Shown here: in pieces, positions 1-13,289 of the stretch
Layout: the number at the start of each line of letters is the position of its first letter
Position numbering within the stretch: position 1 is the stretch's first letter
From: Guillardia theta CCMP2712
Taxonomy: Eukaryota; Protista; Cryptophyta
Reading direction: 5' to 3'
DNA: 64,000 nt
NCBI RefSeq assembly: GCF_000315625.1
Contig: NW_005434603.1
Coordinates: 62,001-126,000 of the forward strand
Translations under genes and position numbers: made by a program
Notes under the pieces: model-generated
What the model was told of the DNA's origin: nothing
Databases searched by the model: none
Seen by the model: only the letters and a program-made list of their open reading frames with translations

Positions 1-98
1 TCACCTCGTCTGCTCAGAGATGTTTAATGGGGCCTGCTGACAACAAGTTCTGCAACGGTTTGAACGAGATCACCTTGAAAGTAGCTACTTCTGATCAG

Positions 99-2266
99 CT
101 CGATCAGTTGTGGATGAGGGGAAACATTGCGTCCCTTACGGTGGCATCTGGTTATTCGCAACCTTCACTATTTGGAGCTGGGTCGGTCAGGTGAAGTGGA
201 GGGGAGGAAGAGAGGGAGAGAGAGGATGTAGTATCAAAATAGATGAAGAGGAGAGGATTTAGGAGAAAGGGAGGGGAAGGGAGGGGAGGGGAAGAGAGAC
301 AAGGAAAGGTGAAACGAGGAGAGGGTCGTCTGACAGTTGTCGTCAGGGCATCTACTTCTTCATCATCGGGCTCGCTCCGTTCGTCAACCTGGGGAGAAGG
401 AGCTGGCTCCAACAGACGCTATGGGTGAAAGCAGATGTCAACCCAGCGCCGCGCTGAGCTCGCCTCATCCAGGTGCTGTATGAGATCATGTTCCCCATGG
501 CGATCTTGGTCACGGTGGTCGTGTGGCTGGTAAGATGGCCGACCGGCTGCTTCTGTGGGGGGTGACGAGTGAGCAGGTGCTGGTGCCCTACCTTAACAAG
601 GCAGTCGAGGACGGGAGGAGCAGGAACATCGAGACTCATCAGCTTGTGAGTGAGAGAAGAGCAGGGAGCAGGGAGCAGGGAGCAGGGAGCAGGGAGCAGG
701 GAGAAGGGAGAAGGGAGAAGGGAGCAGGGAGCAGGGAGCAGAAGGTAACGGGCCGAGGTGCTCAACTTGACGGGTTTGGTTCTTGGCTGCTGCAGATGCA
801 GCGCGTGCTCTACTCTTTCTCGGGCCTCAGCTTCCACTGCCTGAACCTTGTGTTCATGCTCCTGGTAGTTTTCCTCTTCTTCCTTTTCTCCCTTCCTCTT
901 CCTTCTCTTTCCGATCTCCTTTCTGATCCTCTTCCTGCCCCTTGTTCTTTCACTATTCCTTTTGTCCTTGCCCACCTCATTCGCCTTTGTTTCCACCTCC
1001 AACTCCACCTCTCTTCTTCTGCCTCGCTATGTTCATTTCTACCAGCTGTGTCTTTCCATCATCCTTTGTCTTGCATCCTCTCTTACCCCCTCCTCTTCAT
1101 CCTCCCTCTCTTTACCCCCTCCTCTTCATCCTCCCTCTCTTTACCCCCTCCTCTTCATCCTCCTACTCTCACCCCATCCTCTTCATCCTTCCCTCGCTCC
1201 TTGTTCGTGGCTTATGCTGTCCACAGGAGTTCTCCCTCAATAAGATCAGCATTGAGCGCGCTCACAGACCCTTCATCCTTCTGTTTGGCTGCGCCTACGT
1301 CGAATTCGCCACTGTCTTTCACTCCCTCTTCGGCGTTTGGTGAGGAGGGAGGAGGGGGTGCGAGAGGGGGGGAGGGAGAGGGTGAGGAAAAACAGTGATT
1401 TGGATGAAAATGACGATGCTCGGCAAGAGCAGAGGAGGGGCAGGAGGAGGGCAGGAGGAGGGCAGGAGGAGGGCAGGGGGAGGGCAGGAGGAGGAGGAGG
1501 AGGAGGAGGAGGAGGAGGAGGAGGAGGAGGAGGAGAAGGTAGTGGTGAAAAGTGTTGCAGGTTCTACTTCTTCCTCGATTATCGTCGAAACATAAGCATC
1601 ATATTTTACCCCCTCCTAGTCTTAACCGTCCTCTTGTTCTTCCGCTGTGCAATATGGCTCAATGAGGTGAGCAGTGAATACTTACCTCCCATGGGTCACT
1701 CCTCCTATCCTTGTTCTGCGCTATCACCATCATCGTCGTCATCATCATTACCACCATCACCGCCATGGTCTCATCATTGTCATCTACATCATCATCATCG
1801 TCACGAGCATCCTCCCCCTCATCATCATCATCATCATCATCTACATCATCATCATCATCATCATGATCATGATCAACATTGTCAACATCATCATTGTCAT
1901 TGTCATTGTCATTGTCATTGTCATTGTAACAAGCATCATCATCATCATCGTTTTCGCCCTTTCCCTCATTCTTGCCTTCTCTCAATCTCTCTCCCCTTCT
2001 CTCTCCCTCCTCACAACCTCACCTTTTCCCAGCGGAAGCTCGCATGGATGAGCAAGGCGAAGTCGTTGGACTCCCGCGGAAGGAGCAGGCAGGTGAAGAC
2101 GAAGAGGAGGGCAGAGTCGCGATCTCCGTCCTCCTCCTTGACAAGTCCCCCCCCCCGGAGTCGCTCGAAGGGCAGGAAACGGCCAGGGAAGAGTCCAGGC
2201 GGCGGCAAGCGAGGAGGAAGCAGGGGGGCCTCCAAAACCCGAGTGAAGACAAAGGGGGCCAAGTGA
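99..2266 (+). CDS. Multi-exon polytopic membrane protein, rolling-stone / FAR-17a-AIG1-like (5' end probably upstream)
   Basis: GT-AG exons join to GIWLFATFTIWSWVGQ|GIYFFIIG..LW|VLYEIMFPMAILVTVVVWL|VLVPYL..|..FHCLNLVFMLL|EFSLNKI..FGCAYVEF..FGVW|FYFFLDYRR..|basic tail, stop at 2266. H-x-x-N and W-x-YFFLDY motifs are typical of the family. Confidence 0.6.
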
Positions 2267-2285
2267 GGAGGAGGTGGAGGGAGGT

Positions 2286-2336
<51 letters not shown>

Positions 2337-2540
2337 AGGGCAATACGGAAGGAGAAGAGTAGGAGGAGCAGGGAAAAGAGGAGGCAAAGGGGGCAAGAGG
2401 AGGGGGAGGAGGCGCTCTTGTATATACGACTTTGTATGAATGAAGCTAAAGAACAACACGATCTATTTGTTTCCTTCCTCTTTCCACCCCTTGCTCCTCC
2501 TCCGTCCATTGCAACCCCTTCCTCCTCTTCCTCGCTCGTT

Positions 2541-3533
2541 CTAGAACTTGTTCGATGCTCGATGGTTCTTTCGCTTCTTGGAAGATCCTGCAATATATCA
2601 TCACATCCTATGAAACAGCAAAGTAGGGACAAGAATCTCCCTCCCTCCCTCCCTCCCTTCCTCCCTCCCTCCCTCCCTCCCTCCCTCCCTCCCTCCCTCC
2701 CTCCCTCCCTCCCTCCGTCTCCCTCCCTCCCCTCCCCTCCCTCCCTCCCTCCCTCCCTCCCCTCGCTCGCTCACTCGCTCACTCCCCTTGCCACGCATTT
2801 AGTCCCAACCGGGGGGATATCTACCCCTACCCTCTCTTACTCAGTCAAATTGACCCCTACTTTGATGACCCACCCTGCTTTGTTGATCTTATTTTTGCGA
2901 TCGGGGTGATTTGGAAACTCCTTCTGAATAATTTCGTGATTTTTGGGAAAACTCAAAATCATTTAACGTGAAAATTAAATTCTTNNNNNNNNNNNNNNNN
3001 NNNNNNNNNNNNNNNNNNNNNNNNNNNNNNNNNNNNNNNNNNNNNNNNNNNNNNNNNNNNNNNNNNNNNNNNNNNNNNNNNNNNCCTTCCTCCCTCCCTC
3101 CCTCCCTCCCTCCTTCCCTCCCTCCCTCCCCTCCCTCTTTTCACCTTTTTCGTTCTCTTGCTCGTCCTTGCTCGCTTCCTTGGCAGCGGGGGTCATCGCC
3201 TTTCTCTTGGGGAGAGAGATGCTAGCAGGAGGAGTTTTTCCTCCCAGCTTCGACAGCGCTGCCTCCCATGCACCTTCCCCCGGCACCGCGTACTCCATCT
3301 CCTCCAGCATCGCCTCTGCCGCCTTTCTCTGAGCTGCCGCAACCTTCTTGCCCTCCTTGTCCAGCTCCTCCTCTAGAGAAGTTTGCAAGGGCTGAGATAT
3401 TATCTGCAAGGAGCGTAAGGAGGAAGAAGAGGAAGGGAGGGAAAGTGGGGGATGAGCACGAGAACGCGCATGGAGCACGAACAGCAGCATGAGAACTGGA
3501 GAACTATAGAGCAGGAGCAGGAGCAGGAGCAGA

Positions 3534-3578
<45 letters not shown>

Positions 3579-6500
3579 GGGAAAGGCGGTTGCACCTCCT
3601 GCCGTTTGACGAGGTCCTTGGACGCGTCCTCCTCGCGGAGGGAGCGGAAGAATTTGGAGATGCGGAGGATGAGCTTGTTGAAGTTTGCGAGGATCTGACG
3701 GGCCTCAAGCTTCATGTCCTTCTCCAGGTCGTCCACAGCCTTGTGCTGCAGGCCGATGCCGAGCAGGATGGCGGCCTGCGTGAAGGAGAGGGGGACCGGG
3801 ATGCGGTCGAGAAAGAAGAGCTGGGCAATGCTGGGGACGAGGTCGAGGACGATGTGATGGTCCACAATGTTGTTGGCGTAAGAGTCCAGCCGCTTCAGGT
3901 CGTAGACCGTGAAGATCCTCCCCAGTTCCTCTGCCGTTACTCCCTTCCTCCTCCTCCTCTCCTCTTCCTCGCTGCTTCCGTCCGTCCGTCCGTCCGACCC
4001 GCCGCTGCTCACGTTGGAAGGCTCGAGGACAGCGAGGGGAAGGGAGGGAGGGAACTTGTTGAAGTCGAAGCCGAGAAGATGCTCGAACCTGCCCATCTAT
4101 CAGCGTCTCTAACAGAAAAGCCCAGCAACCATATTCCCTCTCTCCCGACTCTTCTATCTTCCTCCCTTCCCTTCCTCTTCCACCTGTTCCTCCTCCTTTC
4201 TTCTTCCTTCCTCTCCCTTGGAAAAGCTCCTTCCTCTCCCTCCATCTCACTCCCTCTCCCTCCTCCCAAACTCCACCTCCTCCACATGCCCCACCTCTTC
4301 CGGAAGTCAGCTTCGAACTGCAGCAGCCAGCTCTTCTCCTCGTCCTCGCTGTTCAGCTCCTTCAAGCAGATGCATGTGTGCTCTCCTGTCAAGTCCGACG
4401 CAGTTTGCCTCACGTACACGCAGCGGAAATTCTGCAAGGGCCATCACACAACAACAACAATCCTCCTCCCCTCCCCTCATCGATTCCCTCCTGCTCCCTC
4501 TCCTGCTCCTCCTCTCCTCCTGCTCCTCCTGCTCGTGCTCGTGCTCGTGCTCCTCCTGCTCCTCCTTCTCCTGCTCCTCCTCCTCATTCATCACCGCTCT
4601 TCTCCAGAAGCGGAAAAGCTCGCCCGTGATGCCATACGAGACCCCGAGGTAGTCGAGGCGGTCCGGGCGCATGGAAGCGACGGGGACCAGGAGTGGAGGA
4701 AGCTCCTTTCTCTCTGTGATCTTCTCCTCCAGCAGCCTCGACCCCCCCGCCTCCTCCACCTTCTCTTTCCTCCCTCCCTTCCCTGCTGCAACCTCCTCCA
4801 CCCCGATCAGCTCGCCCGCGTAGAACTTGGACAGCAGCTCGACGGCTCTGCTCCCGTACCCCATCCTGCTGACCTCCGGATGCGTCGCTATCCTGACCAC
4901 TCGCGCCCCCGACAGGCCCGCAAACTCCGCGTCTTGAAACTGCTGGGAGATGGTCCAGGGAATGAGGTCGCCCGCCTGCACGACAGTGAGAAGGTGCAAA
5001 AGTAGGAAGAGGAAGAAAGAGGAAGAGGAAGTTGAAGAAGAGCAAGAGGAGGAGTAAGTGGGGGACACAGACGGATGGACAAGTTTCCCACAGAGTTTGA
5101 CACGGATGACAACGGTTCTCACCTGTCTGACACCGCGCGACAGCTGGGACATGACCGACTCCTTTGAGATCTGACCTTCCAGGCAGACCTGGAGGACGCA
5201 GAGGATGTCGGGAGTTGAAGTCCCTGAGTCGTCGACCGGCCCGAGGAGCACGAAAATCTTCAAGACAAGTCAGAGGAGAAAACTGAGAAAGAAAGCTGTG
5301 GAGGGCTTTACTGCATCATCCGTGCTCAGGAGAGGGGCGATGAGTGAAGGTAGCGGCATTGAGCAGGAAATGCTGACTGCGGAAGGGGAGGCGGTGGAAG
5401 AAGAGAGAGGAGATGGTGGAGGAGGAGGAGGGAGCAGGAACAGGAGGGAGCAGCGTCACCTGATGGGCAGGAGCGTCGGAGAGCAGCTGGAGATCGTTTG
5501 GCGAGTTCTTGTAGTGGGAGGAGACGTAAAGGGACATCATGTTCTGCAGGAACTCCTCCGCCACCTTGTGGTAGGAGAAGAGAGTGTCCCTCTCGACGTA
5601 GTAGAGCTCGCAGGCTGAGGGATGGGGGCAGCCGTTCCTGAGCGCCGGCACCTTGTTGGTGCAGTCGAGGCACAGCAGCTCGTTCAGCCACTGCTCTACC
5701 TTATCCCCTGACGAGTAGCGGATCGGTACCTCCAGCTTCAGCTCGCGCAGGAGCCGTCCTCCCGAGGCCTGCATGCTACTCTCCTCTGCCCCCTGCGACT
5801 TCTTGGGGGCCCGCACGACCCCAGCGCTGTCGTCGCCCTCAACGACGCTCGCTCCCCTCGCCTGCGACTCGCGGAGCTGCTGGATGAGCTTGAGGGAGAG
5901 GGAGCGGCCGGTGCCCTCGTACCCGTTGATAGTGGAGGAGAGGAAGAGGAGGTATGGACCCATCATCTTCTTCACGAGAGGCAGAGGGATCGCCGCGGCT
6001 TCGTCGACCACCACCAGCTCCGCCTGGCTCAGGAAGTGACTGTGCTGGGGCTGGACGTACTGAATGGTCTGCCGGTGCGAGTGGAACACGTTGATCCTGA
6101 CGATGCAGTTGTTGAAGGAGGGGTTGGAGCTCTGGACTACCTGGTAGTCCAGGTGCTCCTTATACTCCAGGGCATCGAAGGCCTTGAGGATGAACTCAAA
6201 GAGGGTATTGAGGTTCTCGGGGGAGGGAGAGGTAACGAAGATATTGCTGTAGCCGTACGCGATCGCTCCTGCTATAGAGATCCCCAATGCTGCTGACTTT
6301 CCTCGTCCTCGTCCTGCCGTCATCGCTACCGTGGATCGGAGCGTCTTGTCTGAAACTGCCTCCATGAAGGTCAGCAGGCACTTGGCCTGATCGATCGTGC
6401 GCGCGAGGGCAACCAGGTTCCCGATCGGCTGCGTGTCTTTCAGCGAGTCGCACAGCTCTTTCAGCTCCTCGTCGTGCGCAGACTTTGCGGCGTCTTCAGA

Positions 6501-7322
6501 GGTCTGCGGGGCGGAGAGCATGTTGCGAGACGAGCTGGAGATTGGCAAGACATTGAGCTCGTCGTCCAGCACGAGCGCGGAAGGGCACTTGCCAAGGGAA
6601 AGCAGGAACCTCTCGTTGAACCTCGCCACCACATCCTTATGAGCTTCCGTCCTAAAGCGAGAGTGCACGTCCATGGTCATGGCGTAGAGCTGCTTCAGCG
6701 ACGACATGGTCTTGAGCAGGATCACGACTACCCCACCCCCCTCCACCGTCTCGATGGTCCGCGCGAGCAAGTTGGGAGTGAGGGCCTCGAAGTCTTGGAG
6801 GACGCACATCCCGAAGGTGTTGCCAAGAATCTTGTGCGTCTCAGAGTAGTAGCAGTAGCGAATCTTGGTAGAGGAGATGAAGAGCTCAAATGGATCCTCC
6901 TTCATCTTCTCCAGGTCCGTTCCCGAGCGATGAGCCATCCTGCCAAGTACTCAGTGAACAAGGACACACCCTCTTCTGAATACTTCTTCAGCTGCTTGAT
7001 CCTCTTCTGCTTGTGTGAGCTGAACCCCAACTCCTTCTTATAACACCACAGTACGCTCGGGCGAGCCTTCACTGTCGCCTTTGAGAGCATGTAGTGAAGG
7101 TTGACAACCTGAGCATACAATCGTCAACCCTTCTGACTGACATGAAGAGTCGAGTGGAACAGACCTGATGCCTTCCCTTGTCTCCCACCAGCACGAACAA
7201 GCTCCTATGGTTGTTGGCCACCGACGCCTCGATAAGTGCTGTCGACCAGAGCGTCAAAGATGCTGGAGCAAGCATGCAAGCAACATCCAACCTCTGACGC
7301 GAGGATCTACCTTCTTCTTCAT
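2541..7322 (-). CDS. NAT10: RNA cytidine acetyltransferase (18S rRNA ac4C), multi-exon
   Basis: MKKKVDPRVR start; RSLFVLVGDKG; LWCYKKELGFSSH; LGNTFGMCVLQDFEALTPNLLARTIETVEGGG; Walker A AGRGRGKSAALG; DEAAAIPLP; STINGYEGTGRSLSLKL; YVSSHYKNSPNDLQLLSDAPAH; GNAT RIATHP..GYG. The last exon GSSKKRKNHRASNKF* (stop 2541-2543) is inferred across an assembly gap. Confidence 0.96.
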
Positions 7323-7429
7323 CTTGTCGCTTCTTCTCGTCAACTGTCCTCCGCCCTCGTCTGCATCGCCGTCACCCTCCCTCAACGCCTTTCCCTCCAA
7401 CCATTACCGCCCGCACGTGAAGACGGAAT

Positions 7430-8080
7430 GCTCTGAGGCGAGCTGAAGCGCCGGAACCTTCGGCCCGGCCGTCGGACCGCGGACTCCGGGACTCGGGAGT
7501 CCGACCGTCCGAGGCCGGCCGGGCGGCCCGATGAGGCTTGAACTGAAACCGCGGCCGGGCCCGGGTCACGGCCCGACGGTAGCGCCGGGGGCCGGCCCCA
7601 GCCGGGGCGTGTCGGACTGACACTCTCGGAGGCGGACTGAACTCGACGCTCGGTTGGCGGCGCCGCCGGAGGCCCGCCGCGCGCAGTGCAGTGCACCGCC
7701 CGCGGCGCGCCCAGGCGCGCCCGTGACCGTAGACCGTGTAACTTCGAACGGCGTGCCCTTGCGGCATCCACTGAATTCAACTGTGCCACCGGCCCGGGCC
7801 GCGGCGCGGCGCGTCCTCAGTGCGCCGGATCGGGCGCGGACGGTAGTACGCCGGTACTGCCGGCCGCCGTGTCCGATCGTAAGTTACCCGGTACTACGGC
7901 GTACGTGACCGGACGGCGAGCCTTGGGCCTCGAGCCGCCTCGGAGTTGACTCAGCCGGTGCTTCAGGCCCTTGAACGCGTCGGACTGCGGGGCTCCAATC
8001 CTGATGTTGCTGAAGGCTTCACTGAGGTTCAGTGCCGCAGAGATGGTCACTCCGTGACTCGAGTCAACTCATTGTCTACA
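7430..8080. other. GC-rich, short-palindrome-rich intergenic island upstream of NAT10
   Basis: Dense CCGG/GGCC, GAGTC/GACTC, TCAGT/ACTGA and GTCACG/CGTGAC words; no credible ORF. Confidence 0.6.
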
Positions 8081-8407
8081 GGCCCGGTGGACTGGGACTC
8101 TTGCATAACTTGAAGCAATCCTGATGAGGCTGACAAGAATTGTGGCGTTGCGTGCGTCAACAAGGTGAAAAGGGATGTGCACACATCAACATGCCAGCAG
8201 TCTCGTGGCGAAATGACCAATGAAATCCGACACATTCCTTGCGGTGTTCATCCTGTCATGAGGAGGAAAACCAACAGGGGCTGCAAACCCTTCATTCCTT
8301 TCAGCAACAACTATCAAAGCAGGAAGCAAAAGTTGCTATAAAATCATGGTAGACAGGAAGCATGAGTGGACACACTTCCACGTGGCTTACACAACCTTTA
8401 TTCTCAT

Positions 8408-8752
8408 TCACATCGTCACCCACACCCCTGCAGTGTTCTTGATCCTCGGACGCTCCTTGGAGGTCAGTAGCTTGATGCAGTGCTCCAGGGCCCTGAGCTG
8501 CTTCTGCTTGGTCGGGCTGAGCTTCTTAGCTACAAGGTTGACGTCTCTTGTCGAGCTAGGGGAAGAGCAAGAGGAGGCGGCAGAGGTGTTGAGGTTTCTT
8601 GGAGAGACGGGGGCGTCGAAGTCCTTGGAGCGGCGGGAGGGAGGGAGCTGAGGGAGGAGGTCGGAGGGAAGCTGAGCGAGGTCTTCGGGGACGGTGTTGG
8701 AGAGGGCGAGAGCATCGAAGGTATCCTGGGAGGGGCTCGAGGCCGCCTGCAT
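8408..8752 (-). CDS. Small intronless lineage-specific protein (KQLxALxHCIKxLT family), copy A
   Basis: 114-aa ATG ORF whose frame is conserved in the paralog at 11360-11683. Confidence 0.6.
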   Translation of the reverse strand: MQAASSPSQDTFDALALSNTVPEDLAQLPSDLLPQLPPSRRSKDFDAPVSPRNLNTSAASSCSSPSSTRDVNLVAKKLSPTKQKQLRALEHCIKLLTSKERPRIKNTAGVWVTM

Positions 8753-10052
8753 GGAGGAGGACGAGAGCAGGCGGGCGAAGAACGAGACAAAAGGCTCGAT
8801 TTATACCCACCCCTATCGTCTTGTCCCCTCAAGGGTTATAACCACCCGTCCCTTATCTACCCCATCCCCTCCTCACGCTGGAGAGCTCAGGCAGCGGCCG
8901 CCGGTCACGAGGGCTCAAACCATCGAATTTCTTGAAGAAGTCAGAGAGATGACTAAAAGTCTTCTGGTACTGAAGAAGATGACTAAAGCATTATGGTACA
9001 CATCGTAAGAGATGACATGATAAATTCTTTTCCATTTATCTGAGACGAGTAGAGTCACAGAGAGTCTTCGGAGTTGATCTCAATCATAATCCGATGATCC
9101 GTTGCTGCTGATATAACTGATGATGGTCTGTGGCCCAGAGTCTGGACTGAGAGCGCAACCTTGAAGGAGTTCTGGTCGAGCGAGGGGCGTCACCCAGTGA
9201 CAAGGATTTCATGGCAGTCTGTGTCGAAGCTAGATCGGAACTCAGGTGAGGGATGCTCGAGTTTGTAGGACTCTCAGAGCCTGGTAATACTTGGGAGATA
9301 CTGGACAAGTGGTATGTACACCCTTTGAGAACAAGAAAACTCACTAGAACAAGTACCAGTCGCGTTTATGAGAACGCAACCAGCAGGGCAGGCTACTGCT
9401 GCTTACAAGGACATAAATAAAGCTCTTTCCCTCTGAACGCTCATTTCATGTATGAGATACGGTATCAGCCTGTTGTCTTCGTCCGATGTACCATGACAAA
9501 CAAGAGAGTGTGTGTGGCATAGTTTCTTGTACACTCAATACCGCTTTATCATTCAACACAAACAGGAATCCTTGGACCTTGGCATTCAACTCAGTACAAC
9601 TCCCATCTCATTCTGTCAGGAGCTGATTCAACCAGATAAGCTGTCAAAACCACAATGTGTGTCTGAAAAATCCGTCATTTTCTGGCTGTACAAACAGAGC
9701 TTGACGTCAGAAGTTGAGTGACTGTCACTGCTGCCGCAGGTGCTTGAAACAGCTTGCAACAGATGCATGCGCTATTCCCATGTTTGAAGGTGCAATTACC
9801 CTCACTTCATATCCTGTCTTTCACTTCAACATTCGTGACCAGCGACGTGGAACATTGAACATTATCACAAACAAGTCCAACAATGGACGTTATCAACTCC
9901 CATGATCGAGCATCTGATGCCTGACATTCAATCTTGAGACGTGTAACATGTATGTAGGTCCAACAAGACCACTTGACCTCGCGTGACGAGAGTTCCCAAG
10001 AAATTCTCTTAGAAGAACCAGCACGCTGTTACTGTACGCATGGTTTCGTGTT

Positions 10053-10484
10053 TCATTTGATTACCTCAGTCTTCTTGTCTTTTGTTTGAACCATCTTTGG
10101 CCGTTTCACAACATGGCGATTAAAATCGTCTCCTTGTTTCCAGATGAACTTGTTTGTACTGGGCTCAACTGACAATGCCCGAGTTTGAAACTGCATGCGT
10201 TTCTCCTCGTCATCACAAGTCAACATCTTGATGCAGTGTCTGAGAGCGTCGAGCTGCTTCTCGCGGCTGGGTCCCAGCCCCCCCGGTGCTCTCCAGGAGC
10301 CATGAGCCTTGCGATCGAGATCAACGAAAGGAGAGTGAGAGAAGGATGGAGGAGATTGAACTGCATTGATAAGAGGGCTGGGATGAGAACGAGAAGGGGG
10401 AGGAAGGTCAGATGGATGGCAAGGCATGGGCTGTGATAGATGCTGCGAATCTTCTCTGATCTTGTTCTCCACTAGAGCATGCAA
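10053..10484 (-). CDS. Small intronless protein, divergent member of the same family
   Basis: PSREKQLDALRHCIKMLT matches SPTKQKQLRALEHCIKLLT; LPPPSRS matches LPPSRRS. Confidence 0.5.
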   Translation of the reverse strand: MHALVENKIREDSQHLSQPMPCHPSDLPPPSRSHPSPLINAVQSPPSFSHSPFVDLDRKAHGSWRAPGGLGPSREKQLDALRHCIKMLTCDDEEKRMQFQTRALSVEPSTNKFIWKQGDDFNRHVVKRPKMVQTKDKKTEVIK

Positions 10485-11359
10485 AGTGCCACAGCTCTAA
10501 CAAGAACTCCGACCCGCAGTCGGGGAAAACTGGGACTTTACTACAGCCGATCTCGAAGGTTCTATTGATATCATCACGATATCCGGGTATACAGATCACG
10601 ATATCCGGGTATACAGTAGTAAAAAGAAAAAGTAGTAAATCGTGGAAATCTTTCACTGAGTTGGGCACCACTGCTGCCCGCTAGCAGTTTATATCGTGAT
10701 CGTTCCAACCATCACGAAAACTAGCGAAATTTTCTCGAACATTGCACACAGACAAGATCGTATCAAGGTGTTGGCGATTTTCTGGACACGACTGATGGTC
10801 GTCTCACTGCTGAGTGCTCAAGTTGTTGGACCTGTTTGCCCATCCATATCACAACCGATGATCACAACGAGTTGTCGGGCTACCCTTCCGTTAAACCGTA
10901 GAGCGAGCAGACGAAGGTCTTCAGGGTGTGACCGACACAGTGGCGTTGTTCTTGACTTTTATTTTCATCCGCAACGAAAAGTTTCAGTGAGTTATCAGGT
11001 ATCAGCCCCTTGAGAATCAGCTTGAGAGGTGGCAGGCATGGATTGGAGATCTCAAGCTCTTCCAAGTTGTTCATTCTCCGCATTTTGCTCTCAGACAGAC
11101 TCCTCTCCTCACTCTTGTAGCCGGATGTTCCAAACTATGTACCAAAAAGTGTAGAAAGCTGTGAAATGCGATTAAACTTCATCAGCATCATAAGAAAAAT
11201 CCAGGATTTCATGTCTCTTTATTTCTAACTGAGCCGATTAATATCTACTAGACACATTGGCTTTCTTTGACCGCAACTTTCTCTTTGCTCGTATTCACAA
11301 ATGCTTCGCTGGCATGAGTGGACACACTTCCATGTGGCTTACACAACCTTTATTCTCAT

Positions 11360-11683
11360 TCACATCGTCACCCACACCCCTGCAGTGTTCTTGATCCTCG
11401 GACGCTCCTTGGAGGTCAGTAGCTTGATGCAGTGCTCCAGGGCCCTGAGCTGCTTCTGCATGGTCGGGCTGAGCTGATGGTCTCGAAGCTCTTGTCTTGA
11501 AGACGATGAGTAGGGAGCGGGGAGAGTGTTGGTTGGAGAGACGGGGGCGTCGAAGTCCTTGGAGCGGCGGGAGGGAGGGAGCTGAGGGAGGAGTTCGGAG
11601 GGAAGCTGGGCAAGGTCTTCATCAAGACCCGAAGGCAATGCGAGAGCATCAAAGGGATCCTGGAAATGATTGGAAGGCTGCAT
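11360..11683 (-). CDS. Small intronless protein, copy B (dispersed duplicate of 8360-8752)
   Basis: 3' half and about 50 bp of 3' UTR are near-identical (11312 onward vs 8360 onward); the middle has an in-frame indel. Confidence 0.6.
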   Translation of the reverse strand: MQPSNHFQDPFDALALPSGLDEDLAQLPSELLPQLPPSRRSKDFDAPVSPTNTLPAPYSSSSRQELRDHQLSPTMQKQLRALEHCIKLLTSKERPRIKNTAGVWVTM

Positions 11684-12149
11684 GATTGAAGGGGTGGAGA
11701 AGTTTTCTATGCAGACGCAGAGAGGTGGAGGTGCCTTTGATTGAGTAGAGCAGGTGAGCACAAGGTAGGATGTTCCGCCACGCGATGGGTTGTAATAAAA
11801 TACAGGTCCTACCCTACCTTGTGACATGATGAATTTTACACCCTACCCACCAAATTCAGGGTAATTCAACTACTGGTTAACCCCTGCTAAGAGTACCCCT
11901 ACCTGCTTTTCTCGTCTTCCTTCGGACATTACTACACCCCACATGACTTTTACTACACCCAGCCCCGCATCCTGGCTCATGCGGATGGACTCGCGCTACC
12001 CGGTCTGCCGAGCCTGTTTGTACCCTACCTTTCAGATACTCCCGCCCCCTTCGGTATCTGAGGCCACGTTAAAACATTTTTAGACGTCATCAATCCGCCT
12101 TTTTGAAGAATGGTAATTATTCCCAACTGGCAAGATTAATAATTAGAGA

Positions 12150-13260
12150 GGCTGCGGCCCGGTACGCATTACCCTTCGCCGGAGCTGGATGGTCGTCAGG
12201 TCACGGAGTCAAGTAGTCCTCAGGTCCGTGCCAATCTCACTCAGCGTGACTCGTGTCCACTGAAAGATCCCAAAAGGCTACAAGCTCGAGGCTGGCTCAA
12301 CGAGGCATAAAAACAGTACTACGGTACTACGTGTGTCCGGTACTGCCGTTGACTCATCGCCGTGATCGGACTGCAATTGCGCCGGGAACTTGTTCACTGA
12401 AATCCCTGAAACGTTCTGATTCTATCAATGTCGATTGATTCTCATTTGGATGCTGTCTATACAATGATTGGTTCTTTATGTAATATATAAATGTGGGCGG
12501 CACGGTGATCACTGGCCGGGCGCGGCCCGGCGGTGGCCGGGCGGCCGGACACCGGCGTCCCACTGACGGTGGACCGTCGGACTGTTCAGCTCAGGCCGTG
12601 CCAGCACTTGCCTTCCGAAGGGCCGTTCAGAGTTCTGATCGGACGGACACGGTTGCCGTACGGTCAGTCCGACTAGTACAGTGCCGGGTAGGCCGGGGCG
12701 CGGCCGATCACCGGGTTGGCAAGTTGAGGGCGGATGAGAATCTTGGTCACCGTCACCGGGAATCGTGCTTGATCCCAGGCTGGAATCGCCGACCGCACTG
12801 CGGCCAGGGTACAAGGTCCTCCACCGGCGCCGTGCTCAGGCGGCTTGCCGCTCAGACATGCATTTGGTTTCTCTGAACATTTACAATCAGACTTCGGTCA
12901 TAGTATCCGATGATCAGCCGCATGTAAGAATGTCTCAAGTACGGTCCGTCACTGCCTCTGTGAGTTGCCCCTGAGTTGCCATCGGATGGAAGACTGATAC
13001 GAGCGACTCGGAGTCACAAGAGGTCCTGGACTGGGATGACTGTCACGCCGGGTATTTTAACTCAACTTTGAGGAAACGGTCGGAAGTAACCACTGAACTG
13101 TATGCCATGATCATTCGCCGGACTCTCAGTTCCGGCCGGCGATGAGATCCGACTCGTGACTCGGGCTCCGAGTCCGATCCCCGGCGCCCGGCGGCCGCCG
13201 GCGCGGCCCGCCCGCGGCCACTTCCAGGCTCCGACTCTGGCCCACACCGGGCCTCGTAGT
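12150..13260. other. GC-rich palindromic intergenic island, flanked on the left by a TACCC-rich tract (11800-12070)
   Basis: Same word composition as the other islands. Confidence 0.55.
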
Positions 13261-13289
13261 AATTTTAGTTAAGTACCCCTCCCATCGAC

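Noticed and set aside
1337-2909. Poly-His, poly-Asp, poly-Ile and ER-repeat ORFs
   Set aside because: Translations of intronic or UTR microsatellites.
7430-8080. rRNA, tRNA or structured ncRNA in the GC-rich islands
   Set aside because: No recognisable rRNA conserved blocks or tRNA cloverleaf/box motifs by eye; a covariance-model search would be needed to exclude them fully.
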